A DNA stretch of 64,000 nt from Chiloscyllium plagiosum (Eukaryota). This document shows positions 1-12,382 of the stretch, one piece after another. Position 1 is the first letter of the stretch. Each line of letters opens with the position of its first letter. The position numbers and the translations under genes are program-made. The notes beneath the pieces are model-generated. The model was not told the origin of the DNA. It saw only the letters and a list, made by a program, of their open reading frames with translations, and searched no databases. Location: contig NC_057718.1 in NCBI RefSeq assembly GCF_004010195.1, forward strand, positions 64,981,548 through 65,045,547, given 5' to 3'.

Positions 1-1724
1 TGACATGAAAATTGTGGTGCGTTTGCTTGCCAGTTCCCAGCAGAGATAGGAGAGTGTGGGGTTGGGGTGAGGATGCTCCAGCAACCAGTTCAAAAGGAAA
101 ATCAGCACTTAAAAAGACAGGGCTGAATTATACAAGACTCTAGATTCCCCACGACCTCTCATGGGGTAGAATATCAGATATGAGGTGCCCGCCGAGGAGG
201 TACATTAAGGATGTTTAACCCCCACCACCCCATTACCATCTCAGGCCCAGCAACCCAAACTTGAAATCCTGTCAGGCTGGCTGCTCAGCATGGACCTCTC
301 CCATTGGCAGTTTAATTTTAGTGGCAGAATAATACCTTTACATGAGCGTTAATTGTCTGCCCAAGAGCCTCAGTTAACCCACTGACTGGTGGAATATTTA
401 TAGTGGAGACTGATCACTCACTGGATTCATGAACCCCTCCCTTTTCAGTCCTACCAGCAGGCAAGTGTTCAATCCCAACTAACTTGTTTCTTTTCACTGG
501 TTTTAACACTTTTGTTCATGATTCATAATGATAATTGAAATGTATAATTTACATGTAGTAGAAGATCATGGAATGAAACAACCAGGAGTATGGGCAACTA
601 GAATTGACAACCTTATAATTGAGTTGCGGGCGGTGCATGGAAACATTGTCACCATCAGATCAGCTGACTGTTGCTTTAACAAAAGAGTTTGGGGTAGTGA
701 GAGCTTGGCCACTTTTATCAAGGCAGTATCAATTTGCACATTTCCTAATTTCTTTGGTGTTCATTGTTCATTAACTTGAAATAAATCACTTTTTCATTAG
801 AACTGAAGCCATATTGAAACATTGGTCAAGGGTAGTTGTACAAAATGGCCAATTGTAAATCAGTAACCTGCTGAACTCTTTTTTTTAAACTGATCTACAG
901 AAAACAAGATTTGGGGACCACTATATAAGGGGGTAAGCACACTCTGTTAATGTTTTTTCATAAGATAGAACTTCCATACCAGTATTGATTCCAAAGGGAC
1001 TGTCTCTTAACTGCTTCTGTTGTAATTATATCCTTCTTAAACTGAATGTAAAAATGTATATAGTACACCAGGGTTGGTCTTGCCAAGCGTCTGTAAAGAG
1101 CTGCAAGGAGCTGCAGTAACACTTCCCTATTTTCATACTAGTCCATCCAATTTGCATTAAATTTGCCTTCCTAATTGCTTACTGTACGTTGTTAGCAAAT
1201 ATTATACAGTAGGAAAACTTGACAATGTCTGGATGCAGAGAGTTTACCATATGTCTTTTTGGAACTGAAAGGTCAAAAGTGGAATTGTGTTGTATTTCTC
1301 AATGTTTACAAAGAGTTAAGTAGATTGGAAAAGGAGATGAATTTGTTCCTTTTGCTGGACAAACCAGTGGAAGGAACATTGGGCTGCAGCGTTGGTGAGC
1401 AACAGCCTTTCGATTGTTATTTTCTGTTTTGCCACAGACTGGGAGTGGTGCAGTTGAAAAGAGACCTCCAAGAAGCCAACAATAAAAAGCAGTCTCTCTC
1501 TCTCCCTGTCCTGGAAAAGAAAATAATCTTTCCAGCTGTCGAGAGGTTTGCAAAGCAATAATGCTCTCTCTTCCACTTTGTCTTTCTCTTTCTCACTGTC
1601 TGAGTAAAAGACAACATTCCAAGATTCTGCACATTAAACTGTTAACTCAATAAAAGACTTGAGTCTGAGAGACTGAACTGAGGAGCTTTCATTCCGCTGT
1701 GACCAACAGCAACATGATCTCATC

Positions 1725-2142
1725 AACACCTGACGCCTGGAGGAAGAATGCCTCATCTTCTGCCTTGGGACCCTGCAACCGCATGGGATTGATGTGGATT
1801 AAACCAGTTTACTCATTTCCTCCCCCCCCCTTATCCCAGTCCCAAGCCTCCAACCGCCCTCTTGACCTGTCTATCATCTTTCTCATCTATCCGCTCCACC
1901 CTCCTCTCCAACCTATCATTTTCTCCCCCACCTTCATCTACCTATTGCATTCCCAGCTACATTCCCCCCACTCCACCACATCCCCCTCCCACGGCCCCAT
2001 GGCCCACAAGCCTCATTCCTGATGAAGGGTTATGCCTGAAACGTCAATTTTCCTGCTCCTCGGATGCTGCCTGACCTGCTGAGCTTTTCCAGCACCACAC
2101 TCTCGACTCTGATCACCAGCATCTGCAGTCCTCATTTTCACC
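1725..2142 (+). mobile_element. Penelope-like element 3' fragment (end of endonuclease region plus pseudo-LTR tail) with a decayed hammerhead motif
   Basis: Colinear with 10190-10600. Ends in the shared tail ...gctgcctgacctgctg..ttttccagcaccacactctcgactctgatc..cagcatctgcagtcctca. CTGATGA at 2019-2025 and GAAACGTC at 2038-2045. Confidence 0.8.
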
Positions 2143-2442
2143 TGTAGTTTAGGTTTGTTAATATATCGTTACACCATTTGTTAATGACCATAATAATATC
2201 CATTTAATTCATATATCCATTGATGAAACCTGGGTGGGAGTTTTTTTGTCCTAAGTAATAGTACAAGTAAGACAATTTAACCATCTTAATGATTCTATTG
2301 GACATTTATACTTTGGAGACACCTTGTGAAGCAGTCAGTCATTATTGCCCAGTGTAGTTCTCCCACAACAATCTGCAAATTAACATTTTGTGATTCCTGC
2401 AGCAGGACATCATAAACCAAACAATTCTAGTAATTCACTTAC

Positions 2443-2559
2443 TTTTCCATAGGACCCCTGACCCAGCACTTTGAGCAATTCAAACTGAGAGGGATCTGCT
2501 TTTTCAAAGCCTTCTTTTACGTGGTTGCTAATGTCTATTTCTTTCACGATACCTTCATC
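2443..2559 (-). CDS. RPS6KA2: RSK3 / ribosomal protein S6 kinase alpha-2, coding exon 2 (start of the N-terminal kinase domain, P-loop)
   Basis: 117 bp, phase 0/0. Encodes [39 protein letters not shown]. Acceptor tttccctgcAG ends at 2560 and donor GTAAGT is at 2442-2437. GSYGK and [10 protein letters not shown] match RSK3 as recalled. Confidence 0.97.
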
Positions 2560-2737
2560 CTGCAGGGAAATAATTACATAGAATATTACTTTAAAGATCC
2601 TACAAAACTGCAAAAAACCAAATTTACATTCAGCATCCAATAATTTAAGCTATAATTGGCCTTTTAGGATTCAAAAACAATGAGCAAGTTTTTCTCCTGT
2701 TTCTGGTTAAAGTGTTTTGTTGAGTGAGATTCATAGC

Positions 2738-3604
2738 GGAGAAAGTGAGGTCTGCAGATGCTGGAGATCAAAGTTGAAACTTTATTGCTGGAACAGCACA
2801 GCAGGTCAGGCAGCATCCAGGGAACAGGAGATTCGACGTTTCGGGCACAGGCTCTTCTTCAGGAATGAGCAGAGAGTGTTCAGCAGGAGAAGATAAAAGG
2901 TAGGGAGGAGGGACTTGGAGGAGGGGCGTTGGAAATGTGATAGGTGCCCCTGTTCAATCAAATCATGGCTGGTCTGATTTTAACCTCAAACCTACATTCC
3001 ATCTTATACCTGATAATTCAAAGCACACCACAGAAACAGGCCCTTTGGCCCACATAGCCTGTGCTGATGCATGACACCTTTGTAAACTAAAAACCTTTTG
3101 CCTCTGCGCTGTCCGTATCCCTCTATTCCTTGCCTATTCATGTATCAAAGTTGAAACTTTATTGCTGGAACAGCACAGCAGGTCAGGCAGCATCCAGGGA
3201 ACAGGAGATTCGACGTTTCGGGCACAGGCCCTTCTTTAGGAATGAGCAGAGAGTGTTCAGCAGGAGAAGATAAAAGGTAGGGAGGAGGGACTTGGAGGAG
3301 GGGAGTTGGAAGTGGAGGAGATGCGGTGGAGGGCACCGTCGACCACGTCGCCTTCCTGACCTGCAGTCTTCTTGTTGACCTCTCCGCCTCCATCCTACTC
3401 CGACCTATCACCCTCACCTTGACCTCTTTCCACCTATCACATTTCCAACTCCCCTCCTCCAAGTCCCTCCTCCCTACCTTTTATCTTCTCCTGCTGAACA
3501 CTCTCTGCTCATTCCTGAAGAAGGGCCTGTGCCCGAAACGTCGAATCTCCTGTTCCCTGGATGCTGCCTGACCTGCTGTGCTGTTCCAGCAATAAAGTTT
3601 CAAC
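2738..3604. mobile_element. Composite Penelope-like insertion: two minus-strand pLTR copies around a ~200 bp foreign segment, plus an inverted pLTR copy
   Basis: 13-bp TSD tgagattcatagc at 2725-2737 and 3605-3617. Near-identical copies at ~2768-2945 (-), ~3144-3310 (-) and ~3431-3604 (+). Confidence 0.88.
3511..3546 (+). ncRNA. Minimal type-I hammerhead ribozyme motif (intact)
   Basis: ATTC-CTGAAGA-A-GGGC[CTGT]GCCC-GAAA-CG-TC^GAAT: helix I ATTC/GAAT, CUGANGA and GAAA boxes, 4-bp helix II, palindromic ACGT at helix III. Predicted cut after 3542. Confidence 0.8.
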
Positions 3605-3844
3605 TGAGATTCATAGCACCTAGTCTCCCATGGCTCAGAGTGCTGTTTCTCTCACAGTCATCCTCTCTTCACCTGAGCAATTAGGCAACTAGATTCCTTC
3701 ATCAGGGAATCACGTGGTCACTTCTGCAGCGAGCTTCAGATGTTCGTGCCCTGTTACTATATTTAAAGACCAGTTGCACACCATCTTATAGACTGCAAGA
3801 CAGGTATTGGCCCTCAATCCATGGTTCTCAAGTTATCACATTCA

Positions 3845-4061
3845 AGATATGGTCCAGAGAAAGGTAAAGCTCATTCCTCATGCAGGGACCTGGAGGTCTT
3901 GGTGGACAAGGTGGCGAAGAAGAGGGCCATTCTTTTTCCAGTCCACTGCCTTTGGAGACATGCCCCAGACTCAGCCAACCAGGACAGAAATCGCAGCTGT
4001 GTTCTGAGATGCCCAGCAGTTCAGGAAGGTCATTAATCTCCTGCTTGCCACAGAGGTGAGT
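3845..4061 (+). mobile_element. Harbinger-type Myb/SANT-like DNA-binding protein remnant
   Basis: Frameshifted reading ..RDLEVLVDKVAKKRAILFP..TEIAAV..QQFRKVINLL followed by gtgagt. TATA-like tatatttaaag upstream at ~3758. Confidence 0.6.
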
Positions 4062-4440
4062 GCCACCATTTTATTTCAGCAACCTCACATTTACAGGGCC
4101 AACTCTCACGAGAGCTTTGTCACTGCACATATGTCTCACCAAGGCTCTTGGACTACAACTCTCACTGTTGTATTATGTCCACTCGATGGCTCCCACCACC
4201 TCATCCTGCCCTCTGTGCTTCCTACTTACTCACTGTCGAGGTGGAGGGGATGAGTTATTCACCGTCCCAGCTACTCCTGCATTGCTAATTTCTGCTCTCA
4301 CATCCACTTTACAACATATTCCAATCTTACCTTTGTTTAACAATATGAGAAACTCCTCTCTCCCCTCTGAATGCAGGATCATACTCTGCATTCCTGACTG
4401 ACTGCTGGTAGCCTACCTGGACAGGAATTGGATGAGCCAC

Positions 4441-6377
4441 TTGACGTTCGACAAGGTTCCTCATGGGAGACTGGTTAACAAGGTTAGATCACATGGAATA
4501 CAGGGAGAACTAGCCATTTGGATACGGAACTGGCTTGAAGATAGAAGACAGAGGGTGATGTTGAAGGTTTGCTTTTCAAACTAGAGCCCTGTGACTAGTG
4601 GTGTGCTACAAGGATCAGTGCTGGGTCCACTACTTTTCATCATTTATATAAATGATTTGGATGTGAACATGGGAAATATAGTTAATAAATTTGCAGATGA
4701 TGCCAAAATTGGAGTAAAGGAGGTTACCTCAGAATACAATGGGCCAATGGGCTGAGGAGTGGCAGATGGAGTTTAATTTAGATCAATGTGAGGTGCTGCA
4801 TTTTGCAAAGACAAATCAGGGCAGGACTTATACACTTAATGGTAAGATCCTGGGAGGTGTTGCTGAACAAAGAGACCTTGGAGCGCAGGTTCATAGTTCC
4901 TTGGAAGTAGAGTTGCAGGTCGATAGGATAGTGAAGAAGACGTTAGGTATGCTTTCCTTTATTGGTCAGAGCATTGAGTAAAGGAGTTGGGAGGTCATGT
5001 TGCGGCTGTCCAGGACATTGGTGAGGCCACTTTTGGAATATTGTGTGCAATTCTGGTCTCCCTCCTATCCGAAGGATGTTGTGAAACTTGAAGGGGTTCA
5101 GAAAAGATTTACAAGGATGTTGCCTGGGTTGGAGGATTTGATCGACTGGGAGAAGTTGAATAGGCTGGAGCTGTTTTCCATGGAGCATCAGAGGCTAAGG
5201 AGTGATTTTATGGAGTTTTATAAAATCATGAGAGGTATGGATAGGCTAAATAGACAAAGTCTTTTCCCTAGAATGGTGGAATCCAGAACTAGAGGTTTAG
5301 TGTGAGAGGGGAAAAATTTAAAAGGGACCTAAGGGACAACTTTTTCATGCAGAGGATGGTGCGTGTAAGGAATGAGCTGCCAAAGGAGGTGGTGGAGGCT
5401 GGTACAATTACGCCATCTAAAAGGCATCTGGATGAGTATATGAATAGGAAGGGTTCAGAGGGATATGGGCGAAGTGCTGACAAATAGGACTAGATTAGGT
5501 TTGGATATCTGGTCGGCATGGATGTACAAAGAACAAAGAGCAAAGAAACTTTACAACCCAGGAAGAGGCCCTTCGACTCCAAGCCTGAGCTGATCCAAAT
5601 CCACTGTCTAAACCTGTCGCCCCATTCCTAAGCATCTGTGTCCCTCTGCTCCCCACCTACTCATGCATCTGTCCAGATGCCTCTTAAACAAATCTACCGT
5701 GTCTGCCTCTACCACTTCTGCTGCCATTGCGTTCCAGACATCCACCACCCTCTGTGTGAAGTACTTGCCATGTGTATCCCCCTTAAACTTTTCACCTCTC
5801 ACCTTGAAAGCGTGACCTCTCATTATTGAATCCTTCAGCCTGGGGAAAAAGCTTATCTCTATCCACCCTGTTTAGAACCTTCATGATTTTGTAAACCTCA
5901 ATCAGGTCCCCCCTCAATCTCCTTTTTTCTAATGAAAATAAACCTAACCTGCTCAACCTCTCTTCATAGCTAGCACCTTCCATACCAGGCAGCCTCCTTG
6001 TAAACCTTCTCTGCACCCTCTCCGAAGCGTCCACATCCTTTTGGTAATGTGGCGAGCAGAACTGTACACAGTGTTTTAAATGCAGCAGAACCAATGTCTT
6101 GTACAATTTTAACATGACCTGTCAGCTCTTATACTCAATACCCTGTGCGATGAGGGCAAGCATACCATATGCCTTTTTGACCCTGATATCTGTCAGGGCC
6201 CCAGCTATTTCCTGTCTCACCTCCCTCAGCAACCTGGGATAGATCCCATCCGGTCCTGGGGATTTGTCCACCTTAATAACCTCTAGCCTACCCAACACAT
6301 CTTCCCTACTTATGTCAACTTATGATGTGTTGGACTGTAGGGTCTCTTTCTGTGCTGTACATCTCTCTGACTCTATG
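4441..6377 (+). mobile_element. 5'-truncated CR1-type LINE (RT C-terminal half plus 3' UTR), interrupted at 5526-6320
   Basis: Fragments FDKVPH, QGSVLGPLLF, KFADDAK, LVRPLLEYCVQFWSP. The tail resumes at 6321 (..ctgtgctgtacatctctctgactctatga). Confidence 0.93.
5526..6320 (-). mobile_element. Internally deleted CR1-type LINE nested antisense in the 3' UTR of another CR1
   Basis: (ctttgtt)n tail at ~5526-5548. LYKTLV..CVQFCSPHYQKD..VQRRFTR in ORF 5792-6115. At ~6183 it jumps to the upstream KVDKSPGPDGIYPRLLRE region. Confidence 0.9.
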
Positions 6378-6982
6378 AATATTTTGGGGTTTAATGAGAT
6401 ACAAATACATGGAAATAGGATAGTCCTATTTCCAAGGATCTGAAGTTGCCAATTATGATTTGAGGAAAAATACAGAAAAGAAATTCTCAATGTCAAAACC
6501 TAATATTTTCATTCGCATTGTATTTTCCCATCTTTCTCAGCATTACTCACACCAACCAGACATAAGAAAATACTGCTCAATGTTGTTCCCACAAGCACCT
6601 GAGAATCTCTGTATCCAGAGGCATTGCTTAAAATTTGCTTCTGTGTTCCTTCTTCAATAAACTTGGGTTTAAAGGTGACAATTAAGTTTATCAAATATTA
6701 TGTTCAATAAATATTGATTTGCTATAGTTAAATGTTTGCATGAAAATTGGATAATGTTATCAATTTACACATATGGATGCATAAGTGATTGTGATTGCAA
6801 GCTTTTTTAGTATTTTTGACTAAAATCAAGTGACATACTTGAGGACCTTACCTTGTGAACATTATGAAAACATTTAGTCCACTAATGGTTTTGTTGAACT
6901 ACATGAAATTTGTGTGCTGCCTTAGGCTCAGCAATGTCACAAGTTTAAATACTGTAAGCCCCCACTTATAATTAATAACCAG

Positions 6983-7345
6983 AGAAAAGGAATAGGCCAT
7001 TCAACCCATTGAGCCTGGTCCACCATTCAAAATGATCATGATTATCGAACTCAGTACCCTCTGCCCACTTTCTCCACATACCCATTTGATCACCTTAGTC
7101 CTTAGAACCATATCTAACTCCTTCTTGAAAGCATTCAATGTCTTGCCTCAACCACTTTCTGTGGAAGAGAATTCAACAGATTCATCACTCTCTTTGTGAA
7201 CAATCTTTTTCTCATCTGAATCCTAAATGGTCTACCCCACAATCTTTAGACAGTGGCGCCTAGTTCTGGACTCCCCAGTCATCAGGAACAGCCTTTCTAC
7301 ACTTACTCCAGCTGATCCGTTAGAATTTTAAAAGTCTGTATAAGA
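6983..7345 (-). mobile_element. Decayed CR1-type LINE 3' end
   Basis: aggaataggccattcaacccattgagcctg...tatctaactccttcttgaa..gcctcaaccactttctgtgg, the typical antisense CR1 tail. Confidence 0.7.
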
Positions 7346-7681
7346 TCCCAACAATTGTGGCTGTGTTGCTGGGGGAAAGTCACTTTTGTGTGAAGTAACT
7401 TTAAGTTAATCATAGGTTTCAATGTTAAAACTAGAGTTGGGTTCCCTTGAACATTTCTCACCGAGAAAGACCAATGTAGAATTTGAAAGCGAGTATCATT
7501 CACATGCATAAGTGTTCATTCCAAGCTGCAATGATTCCAAAATGAAACAAATCACTAAATATAAAAGAAATACTGTGCAGTTGTGTACTTGAGGGCGTTT
7601 CTCAACAGAAAAAGAATGATAAACAATACCAGTTGCAATTCTCTACATTCCTAAATAGCCACATCCCTAAGTATGGTAACA

Positions 7682-8048
7682 GGGTGGCTTAGTGGTTAGC
7701 ACTGCTGTTTTACAGCACTAGAGACCTGGGTTCAATTCCAGCCTCTACTGACTGTATAATCCTTGTATAATCCAAAGATACGCAGGTTAGGTGAAATGGC
7801 CATGCTGAATTGTCCATAGTGCTCAGGAATGTGTAGGTTAGGGGTAAATGTGGGGGGGGTGGATTACTCTTCAGAGGGTTGGTCTGGACATGTTAGGTCA
7901 GAGTTGAAAAATGTGGTGCTGGAAAAACACAGCTGGCCTGCTGTGTTTTTCCAGCACCACATTGTTCAACTCTGGTCTCCAGCATCTGCAGTCCTCACTT
8001 TCTCCTTGTTAGGTCAGATGGCTTGTTTCCACACTGTAAGGATTCTAT
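7682..8048 (+). mobile_element. HE1-type tRNA-derived SINE (internally deleted) interrupted by a ~100 bp Penelope fold-back at 7903-8006
   Basis: A-box ggtggcttagtggttagc and B-box gggttcaattcc. The nested insert has a 12-bp TSD tgttaggtcaga (7891-7902, 8007-8018). Confidence 0.85.
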
Positions 8049-8184
8049 TACTTTTTTTAAAATTAAAATTACAATATATACAAATGTTAAGAAAAAAATT
8101 CATTTTGTTTTAGATTGATCAGGCTCCATCTATTAGCAGATGTTAGTGCGTGTAGGAGGCAACTGAAGTCTGAAGGGGCTGGTT

Positions 8185-8998
8185 TCCCTGGTTTGTTGGA
8201 AACTGAGGAGTGACCTTATGCAAGTTTTAAAATCATGAGGGGCATGGATAGAGTGTATAATCAAGGTCTTTTCCCCAGGGTGGGGGAATTCAAAACTAGA
8301 CAGCATAAGTTTAAGGTGGGAGGGAAGATTTAAATGCAACCTGAGGGGCAACATTTTCTCGCATTGGATGGTGCAAATATAGAATGAACTGCCAAAGGTA
8401 GTGGTGGAAGCTGGAACAATCACAACATTTAAAAGGCATCTGCATGGGTTTATGAATAGGAAGGGTTTAAGGGACATGGACCAAATGCTGGCAAGTGGGA
8501 CTAGATTAATTTTGGATATCTAGTCGGCATGGGCGGTTTGAACTGATGGGTCTGTCTCTGTGATGCATGACCTATGACTGTGACTCTGTGACTGTAGCTG
8601 CTACCTGCACTGACTAACATGTACCACCAGATGGAGCCTAGGGCTTCAGTGCAAGTTCAGAGTAGTGAAAACCAGGAAAAGTGGAGCTGCATCATGATGG
8701 CAATAAGCCCTGTGGTCTTTCAAAATAAGAATGAGAACTTGGCTCTTTTGACATGTAGTTTGACGCTACAATAATGAGTTAGGCTGCCAGGCAGACTGAT
8801 ATGATTCTTTCTTCCAGAAGAATAGATGGAAGCAGGTACAATTACAACATTTAAAAGGCATCTGGATGGGTATATGAACAGCAAGGATTTAGAGAGGTAT
8901 GGGCCAAATACTGGCAAATGGGACTAGGTTAGATTAGGATGTCTGGTCGACAATGCTGAGTTGGACTGAAGGGTTTGTTTCTGTGCAGTATAACTCAA
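8185..8998 (+). mobile_element. Two CR1-type LINE 3' fragments (8185-8594 and 8826-8998)
   Basis: Both contain acaacatttaaaaggcatctg..gggtatatgaa..aaggg. The first ends in (gactgt)n. Confidence 0.85.
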
Positions 8999-9937
8999 TG
9001 TAGAAGGCCAAGTAAGGGGATGTGTTCAGACCTAGATTTCAAAGTAACACAATTTATTATGCATTTATACTAAATAGTATTACACATGATAATTACACAC
9101 CAGCTCCAACTTGTAGTTACATTAGGTAATGATCATTCCATCATTGCAGGATCTAATACCTTGACACAACAGTCCTTCCCAAGTTTTTTAACCCTTTCCA
9201 AATATATTAATTGACATTTATACAATCTCAAAAGTTTTACAATAATTTTTCCTTGTATCTTTCCTTGTTCTGCACAAGTCTTTAATTTGAGTCATCTTTG
9301 TCAGAAAGTGGGGCAGGTAAGTCTGTGACCAAATATAGATAAAACTGATGATTTTGCTTCTTCTTTGGAATATCAGAGATTTAATCAATCTGACTGAAGG
9401 AACTTCCATTGATATAACTGCAGGAATGAGTGGGGAAACTAGATTGTATCTTCTCTATGTTTAACATCTAGGTCAGGTGATATTATTAATTTTCTAAGAA
9501 AAAAGTGATGTTATTCATCCAAAGATAGTTTTTTATTCCACATACTCTGCTTGGAGTTGATATCTGCTATTGAAGCATAATCTCACCAGTGTTCTCTTTG
9601 TGCCTGAAGTCAAATATTTATCAAAAGCAAGAGGACATTGTCAAAGTCAAGTTGTTTCTCATCAATTTGTTATTTATATTTTCTGATGAACTGTTCTTAT
9701 AGTAGTTTGCTCTCAGCTGTGCTCCATTTGTTTTATTGTTCAATCCCAAAGCTGTTCAATCCCAAAGCTGTTCAAAATCTTGGGAATAGTGCTTTCTACA
9801 TTTGCTAATTTGTTGATTTCTCAATTGAATTTGAATTTTTCTGGTGGAAAAACTGGTATAGGTGCATTTTGTTATATTGTCTAATTGTTGACAGGTACTT
9901 GAAGTTTCTTCCAAGATCGCAATTTCCCTTTCCCTCC

Positions 9938-10600
9938 AGTGCATCTCCTCCACATTCGACAGAAATTTCCCTGTACCTCCACCAATGTCATCTACTGTAT
10001 CCATGACATCCGATGTAGTCTCCTCTACATCAGGGAGACAGGACGCCTACCTGCGGATCATTTCAGAGAACATCTCTGGGACACCCGCACCATCAACCCC
10101 ACCACCCTGTGGCTGAACATTTCAATTCTCCTTCCCACTCCATCAAGGACATGCAAATCCTGGGCCTCCTCCATTGCCAAACCCTTACCACCTGATGCCT
10201 GGAGGAAGAACACCTCATATTCCATCTTGGGACCCTGCAACCACACTGGATAGATGTGGATTTCCTCATTTCCCCTCCTCCCACATTATCTCAGTACCAA
10301 GCCTCCAACTCGACATGGCCCTCTTGACCTTTCCCATCTATCCGCTCCACTTTCCACTCTGACCTATCACCTTCTCCCTCACCTTCATCCATCTATCACA
10401 CTCTCAGATACCTTCCCCCCAACCCATCCCCTTCCCATTTATCTCTCAGCCTCCCTGGCCCACAAGCCTCATTCCTGATGAAGTGCTTATGCCCGAAATG
10501 TCAATTCCCCTGCTCCTCGGATGCTGCCTGACCTGCTGTGCTTTTCCAGCACCACATTCTCAACTCTGATCTTCAGAATCTGCAGTCCTCACTTTCTCCC
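9938..10600 (+). mobile_element. Penelope-like element 3' part with a GIY-YIG endonuclease remnant
   Basis: ORF 9939-10253 reads FPCTSTNVIYCIHDIRCSLLYIRETGRL..HFREHL (VIY..C..YIGET..R..EH motif). pLTR tail with a decayed hammerhead at 10471-10506. Confidence 0.9.
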
Positions 10601-12121
10601 CGTTGTTGATTATTTGTTTCATTTGGAGGGTTATTGTTTAGATTTTAAAATGCTTATATTCCACTCATATTTTGATGTTGTTTTGTGTTCTTGGTTGATT
10701 AAAGTTGTTGAATCTTTGATGCAATAAAAATTAGCGCTATAGTACCAAAGTGAAAATTGTTCAAATTCTGCTGTTCTTAATATTGTTTCCAATGTAAAGT
10801 TCAATTTTTCTTTATTGATATGGCTTCTTCGTAGAGATGAATGACAATGAACAACAATACTTCTTTTCTAGTTTCACTTAAGGACTTCCCAAAGATCCAT
10901 GGGCAGAAGGTTTCTTGAAATGGTTTCACGCAATAAGTCAGTAATTTTATTTTTGACTGTATCAAAAATGTCTGCCAAACAAAACTACTTAGTTGCTGTG
11001 TAAAAATTGCTTTCCTCACTCAAATGTCAAAACAACAAAGATTTCACTGATTTAACTGTTCAGCCTTTGAAACCTCGAATTCCAATTACTGATATTTCCA
11101 ATCAATCTACTTAAGTCTGTTACTGAAGATTTCTCAACTTGTTTTTCCTTCACCTTATCATTGGAAAAGTTGTTTGATAGCCACAAAAAGTTTTAATTGT
11201 GCTCCTACGCCTAGCTTTTCCAAAAACAATTTTTTGTGTTCTTCTTTATTTGTCCATCAACAAAGCTTGCTCCACAACTTGTTGCTTCCTAAATCTCAGC
11301 AAGTCCCATTATTTCAATCAATAAATCAGTAGTCCATGACCTTCTGCTCAGTGGTTCACACATAACAATCTTTTCCTCTTCTTTTGCATAGCAGCAACTA
11401 TTCCTGTCCTTGTCTGTATCTCTCAGTCTGAGTTTGTGTCCACATAGAACAACCACCCCTCTTTTGTATCAAGATGCGAAAGCTGGCATTTGAGTTATTC
11501 ACACAAGACATTCAAATCAAAAAGGTGCCATACAAAAGGTTATTATACGAGATAGAACCAATTTGGGGGCAATCTATTAGTATGGAATGGAGATTTGTTA
11601 ATATACAGAAAACAGATCAATGGGTCACTTTTGGGTTAGAAAGACAAAACCAAAGGGACACTTATTTAAACCAGAGATGTGAAAAATTTTCTTCTCCTTA
11701 AGGGCCGTGACTGTCTGGAATTCTCTATTCCAGAGAGTTTTAGAAGCTAATATCAAAGTATTTAAAAAGGAAATTGATAGATTTTCAAAATCCAGTAATT
11801 GAGTGCTATGATAACTTGGCACAAAAGACCAGTTGAGGCCTACAGTAGATCAGTCATGATCTTATTGAATAGCCGGACAGTCAAGACAGTCCATGGTTTA
11901 CTCTGGTTCTTATTCCTTTTGATTCTTATGGTTTTCAATATATTTTTGTCTAACCGCTTTTCCTTTGACAATCAGATCACACCATCCAAGCATCAAGGCA
12001 AGGCTCCATACAATTTCAACATGTTCCCTATTCAGGACATTCTATTTCTCTGGAAATAAAAGGAAGCTTTCTGAAACATAACAGTCTTGAGAAATTCCCA
12101 GAGACATAGCAAAGAGCAGTG

Positions 12122-12382
12122 TTAGATTAGATTCCCTACAGTTTGGAAACAGGCCCTTCGGCCCAACAATTCCCCCCCAACCCTCTGAAGACTAATGCAC
12201 CTAACATGATGGCCAATTTAGAATAGCCAATCTCCCTAACCTGCATATCTTTGGACTGTGGGAGGAAACCAGAGCAAACCCAGGAAGAACGTGCAAACTC
12301 CACACAGACAGTCACCCAAGGCTGGAATTGAACCTGGGTCCCTGGCGCTGTGATGAAGCAGTACTAACCACTGAGCCACCAC
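12122..12382 (-). mobile_element. HE1-type SINE
   Basis: Minus strand: gtggtggctcagtggttagtactgc..gggacccaggttcaattcc, V-domain gtctgtgtggagtttgcac, and an (aatct)n tail. Confidence 0.88.

Noticed and set aside
1..2400. RPS6KA2 exon 3 (expected VFLVRK...)
   Set aside because: No matching peptide found. It presumably lies beyond the left edge of the window.
2410..2640. 76-aa ORF as a standalone kinase gene
   Set aside because: Only 2443-2559 is coding. The flanks are intron read-through past clear AG and GT sites.
9737..9775. 16-bp direct repeat (also a ~21-bp one at ~32099-32140)
   Set aside because: Simple local slippage duplications with no further structure.
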